From: a virus
Reading direction: 5' to 3' (one strand)
DNA length: 37,227 nt
Virus genome (UHGV): UHGV-0368904
The position numbers were made by a program, and so were the translations under genes. The notes below the pieces were generated by a model, which ran no database searches, had not been told where the DNA came from, and saw only the letters and a list, made by a program, of their open reading frames with translations. How positions within the stretch are numbered: the first letter of the stretch is position 1; every line of letters starts with the position of its first letter. This document shows positions 34,863 to 37,227 of this stretch, piece by piece.

Positions 34863-35618
34863 ATGGGAAAAAATTTACTCAGAGAGAAGAAGCGATTGAT
34901 ACGACAAAAAATTCTTTTTCTGACGGGTGAAAACGAATCTTGGATGAAGAATCCAGAAATCGTGAAAGAAGTCCAGAGGCTCTCTAAGCAACTAGAGTCA
35001 GATCTTATAGCAGATAAGCGACCATTGCCCAGTTTAGATCCTGATAAATTAACAAAAGAGAAGTATCAACATTTCTTAGATTTAGGTTATCAAGTAGGAG
35101 ATATTAAGAAAGCCTTAGGACTAGGCACAACAACCTTTCAAAATTGGCGAAAGGCGAATGAAATAGAAAATAAAATTAAGAGAAAACAAAATAACAAAGC
35201 AGAGGAGAACAAGCACATGAAATTTAACATCAATACAGCAAGTTTATTATTACCAGGAACATTTGGAGCAGAAGGAAAAGAGTGTATTACGATTTCAAAA
35301 AGCGGGTTGGCTTTGAGCGGTCCAGTTGTGAGACGATTAAACAAACCTGAATGGATTCAATTGTATTTAGATGAATCAAGATTAGCATTGTTTGTAATTC
35401 CCTGTAAAGCGACGGACGAAGGCGCTAGAAGTTGTGTAAATCCGAAGTCAAAAAAGAAAGCAGGGTATCGTAAAAGCTGGTCAGGTAGCATTTTAGAGAA
35501 GGTAGCAAAAGCCAGCAAGATGGATATTGAAAATCATCGTTATCATGTTGAACCAGAAAGCGTTGAAGGCTATCCAACTGCTCTTGGTTTTGATTTAACG
35601 AAAGCCGTAAAAAATTAA
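34863..35618 (+). CDS. hypothetical phage protein (251 aa)
   Basis: GGAGGGGGAG Shine-Dalgarno. No domain recognised. Confidence 0.45.
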   Translation: MGKNLLREKKRLIRQKILFLTGENESWMKNPEIVKEVQRLSKQLESDLIADKRPLPSLDPDKLTKEKYQHFLDLGYQVGDIKKALGLGTTTFQNWRKANEIENKIKRKQNNKAEENKHMKFNINTASLLLPGTFGAEGKECITISKSGLALSGPVVRRLNKPEWIQLYLDESRLALFVIPCKATDEGARSCVNPKSKKKAGYRKSWSGSILEKVAKASKMDIENHRYHVEPESVEGYPTALGFDLTKAVKN

Positions 35619-35642
35619 TTCTAAATTGTTGAGGGTGAAAAA

Positions 35643-35870
35643 ATGAAATTAACTAGTGTGATATTTGAGTCGTCGGTTGAACGCTTTCCGCCACTTGTGG
35701 CGATAGATTTAGACCAGTTAACACCAGATGAATACGTGACACTTAGAAATTTGGGCTATGATACGCAACTTTCCAAAATTACAAAAAGGACCTTTGAAGA
35801 GTTGGAAGGCCATTTGGGAATTCGAGGAGACGTTGCAAAGAAAAATGGATTTTATGTATTAATTAAATAA
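35643..35870 (+). CDS. hypothetical protein (75 aa)
   Basis: GAGGGTGAAAAAATG start region. Confidence 0.4.
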   Translation: MKLTSVIFESSVERFPPLVAIDLDQLTPDEYVTLRNLGYDTQLSKITKRTFEELEGHLGIRGDVAKKNGFYVLIK

Positions 35871-35890
35871 TCAGAAGGTAGTGAAAAATT

Positions 35891-36118
35891 GTGACTTATC
35901 CGAATTTTGAGAAAGATAGCTCTACCTGTGCCAATTGTGGTAACGCATTGTTTAATGATGGAGAATTTACTAATCAATCATATTTAACAATTAGAGACAA
36001 TTTTATGATAGTTAATTTTTTCCAGTTTGAAGATGGAACAGACAATATGTTTTGTGATGCAAATTGTCTTGCTAGTTTTCTTTCAGCGGAAGAAGTGGAA
36101 ATATTAGAAAGCGAGTGA
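35891..36118 (+). CDS. small Cys4 zinc-ribbon-like protein
   Basis: CANCGN ... FCDANC motifs. GTG start with GAAGGTAG Shine-Dalgarno. Confidence 0.4.
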   Translation: MTYPNFEKDSSTCANCGNALFNDGEFTNQSYLTIRDNFMIVNFFQFEDGTDNMFCDANCLASFLSAEEVEILESE

Positions 36119-36537
36119 AGAAGATGATTCCGAAGTTTAGAGCTTATTCAGTAGAAGAAAACATAATGTATTATCCTGATGAAGATAAAAATGTAGAATG
36201 GACTATTGATGATGATACAGGATTTATAGCGCCTCTTATCAATCTAGAAAATGGCATGTGGGGAATGATTGATAAATATGTTCTCATGCAATCAACAGGC
36301 TTGAAAGACAAGAACGGCGTTGAAATTTTTGAGGGTGATATTGTTCAGTATCGAGATGGAGAATATAGCTACCTAGGTATCGTTAAAAGAGACTGTTATC
36401 AATTTTTTATCGATGGAATAGAACCAGATGACAACTATGATTTTATTGATGTTTCTAATACTTTTGATGGAACTAGTTCTTTAGAAATACTCGGAAATAT
36501 TCACGAGAACCCAGAGCTATTGGAGGTCGCAGAATGA
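36115..36537 (+). CDS. YopX-family protein
   Basis: The pattern KFRAYS ... MQSTGLKDKNGVEIFEGDIV ... LEILGNIHENPELLE is YopX-like. Confidence 0.7.
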   Translation: MKKMIPKFRAYSVEENIMYYPDEDKNVEWTIDDDTGFIAPLINLENGMWGMIDKYVLMQSTGLKDKNGVEIFEGDIVQYRDGEYSYLGIVKRDCYQFFIDGIEPDDNYDFIDVSNTFDGTSSLEILGNIHENPELLEVAE

Positions 36538-36695
36538 GCTTTAAAGAAGCTTTCAAAGATGAATATATTGAAATTGACATAAGTAATAACGAAGAAGCAA
36601 AAGCTTTCTTTGAAGAAAATGTATATAAAAGGGAAAGAGAAATATTAAAGAAGTCAGAGGGCTTGTTTAAATGTATTGAGGAGGAAGCGGAATGA
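36534..36695 (+). CDS. small acidic hypothetical protein (53 aa, not in the ORF track)
   Basis: The ATG overlaps the upstream stop (ATGA) and its own stop overlaps the next start, which suggests translational coupling. Confidence 0.3.
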   Translation: MSFKEAFKDEYIEIDISNNEEAKAFFEENVYKREREILKKSEGLFKCIEEEAE

Positions 36696-36952
36696 GTTAT
36701 GAAAATTACAAAAATTGTGTTGAAGAGGTAAAAGACAAGAACGGTAAAGTAATTAAATATCATGACGTTGTTCGAACGTTACGAGGTGAAATTTTATTAG
36801 TCGGTTTTGGAGTAAATCACCATCATAAAACAAAAGGTTTGAATGCCTTTAATAATTTTATTGGTGCTCATGATTGGTTAGATGTTTACCCAGATGGAGA
36901 ATTAGAAATCCTAGGAAATGTTGACTTTTTTGGGAGGGGCAGCGATGAATAA
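36692..36952 (+). CDS. hypothetical protein with a YopX C-terminal-like motif (LEILGNVDF)
   Basis: ORF with GAGGAGGAAG Shine-Dalgarno. Confidence 0.45.
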   Translation: MSYENYKNCVEEVKDKNGKVIKYHDVVRTLRGEILLVGFGVNHHHKTKGLNAFNNFIGAHDWLDVYPDGELEILGNVDFFGRGSDE

Positions 36953-37227
36953 ACAAGAAAAAGAAGATTTAATTCAAGCGCTCTATGATATCGGAGGCTG
37001 CGATGCAGAAGATGAATGGTCAAGAGGTTATGACGATGGAGTAAATGCAGCAATTGAGGTCATAAAAGAACTCAAAGTACAGGGAAAAGTCATATTTTCA
37101 CATGAAGAGAAATTTGTGGCAGATTGGCTTGATGGTTTAAGAGGTCAAATCAGTAATGTTAAGTTAAATTCTGGTGCTGTTTTCATGACGTTCATCGGCA
37201 GACAGTTAGAGCGGTACTATGATGAAG
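36945..37227 (+). CDS. hypothetical protein, 3'-truncated by the window edge
   Basis: GGGAGGGG Shine-Dalgarno then ATG at 36945. The ORF stays open to the end of the window. Confidence 0.4.
   Translation, partial: MNKQEKEDLIQALYDIGGCDAEDEWSRGYDDGVNAAIEVIKELKVQGKVIFSHEEKFVADWLDGLRGQISNVKLNSGAVFMTFIGRQLERYYDE

Noticed and set aside
24103-37227. Possibility that the int/lysogeny/replication half belongs to a second, tandem prophage.
   Set aside because: The two halves are perfectly complementary in module content, with no duplicated packaging or replication functions, and the intervening 330 bp has attP-like architecture. A single phage genome is the more economical reading.
1-37227. CRISPR array or other regularly spaced repeats.
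   Set aside because: No repeat of 25-40 nt with regular unique spacers is visible. The only tandem repeats are short (7-18 nt) regulatory or coding duplications.

Overview
This window looks like a near-complete temperate siphovirus genome of about 37 kb from a low-GC Gram-positive host. Gene content and codon usage suggest an Enterococcus- or Listeria-like host, but I cannot pin it down. Almost every gene is on the + strand, in a recognisable modular order:
- 66-703: tail end of the early region, small ORFs only.
- 902-1318: an ArpU-family late regulator (the family that includes TP901-1 Alt).
- 1320-2133: a 0.8 kb non-coding region with a candidate activator-dependent late promoter (three TTGGCGG repeats at 11-bp spacing plus an extended -10), a long imperfect hairpin, and a tRNA-Trp(CCA) sitting in the late-operon leader.
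- 2134-9583: a ParB-domain DNA methyltransferase, an AT-rich moron cassette, the small and large terminase subunits, portal and head-morphogenesis protein.
- 9706-21859: scaffold, major capsid, head-tail joining proteins, major tail protein, an Ig-like ORF, the G/GT-type tail chaperones, a 1356-aa tape-measure protein, Dit, Tal and tail-tip proteins.
- 21873-23771: a lysis cassette (XkdW-like, XkdX, a BhlA-like holin, and an amidase_2 endolysin carrying a signal peptide and SH3b domains).
- 23772-24102: a candidate attP (four TTGACCATAC arm-type repeats plus AATCCCTA/TAGGGATT inverted repeats).
- 24103-26748: four minus-strand genes (tyrosine integrase, a lipoprotein, an ImmA-like metalloprotease, a cI-like repressor).
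- 26749-37227: divergent switch promoters, then an early/replication module (cro, Xis-like HTH, Rha antirepressor, an antisense DUF1508 gene, an SMC/Rad50-like ATPase with a CxxC hook, RecT-like, MBL-fold hydrolase, DnaD-like, RecU, YopX).
Because the integrase sits directly after the lysin, this is an excised, circular or permuted phage genome rather than an integrated prophage with host flanks. I found no CRISPR array, no rRNA, and no canonical named defence system. The most promising candidates for undescribed function are the promoter-bearing AT-rich moron between the methyltransferase and terS, the lipoprotein in the int-cI gap, the ArpU-promoter/structured-leader/tRNA arrangement, and a nucleotide-conserved C-terminal module shared by the capsid (in the -1 frame) and the major tail protein.
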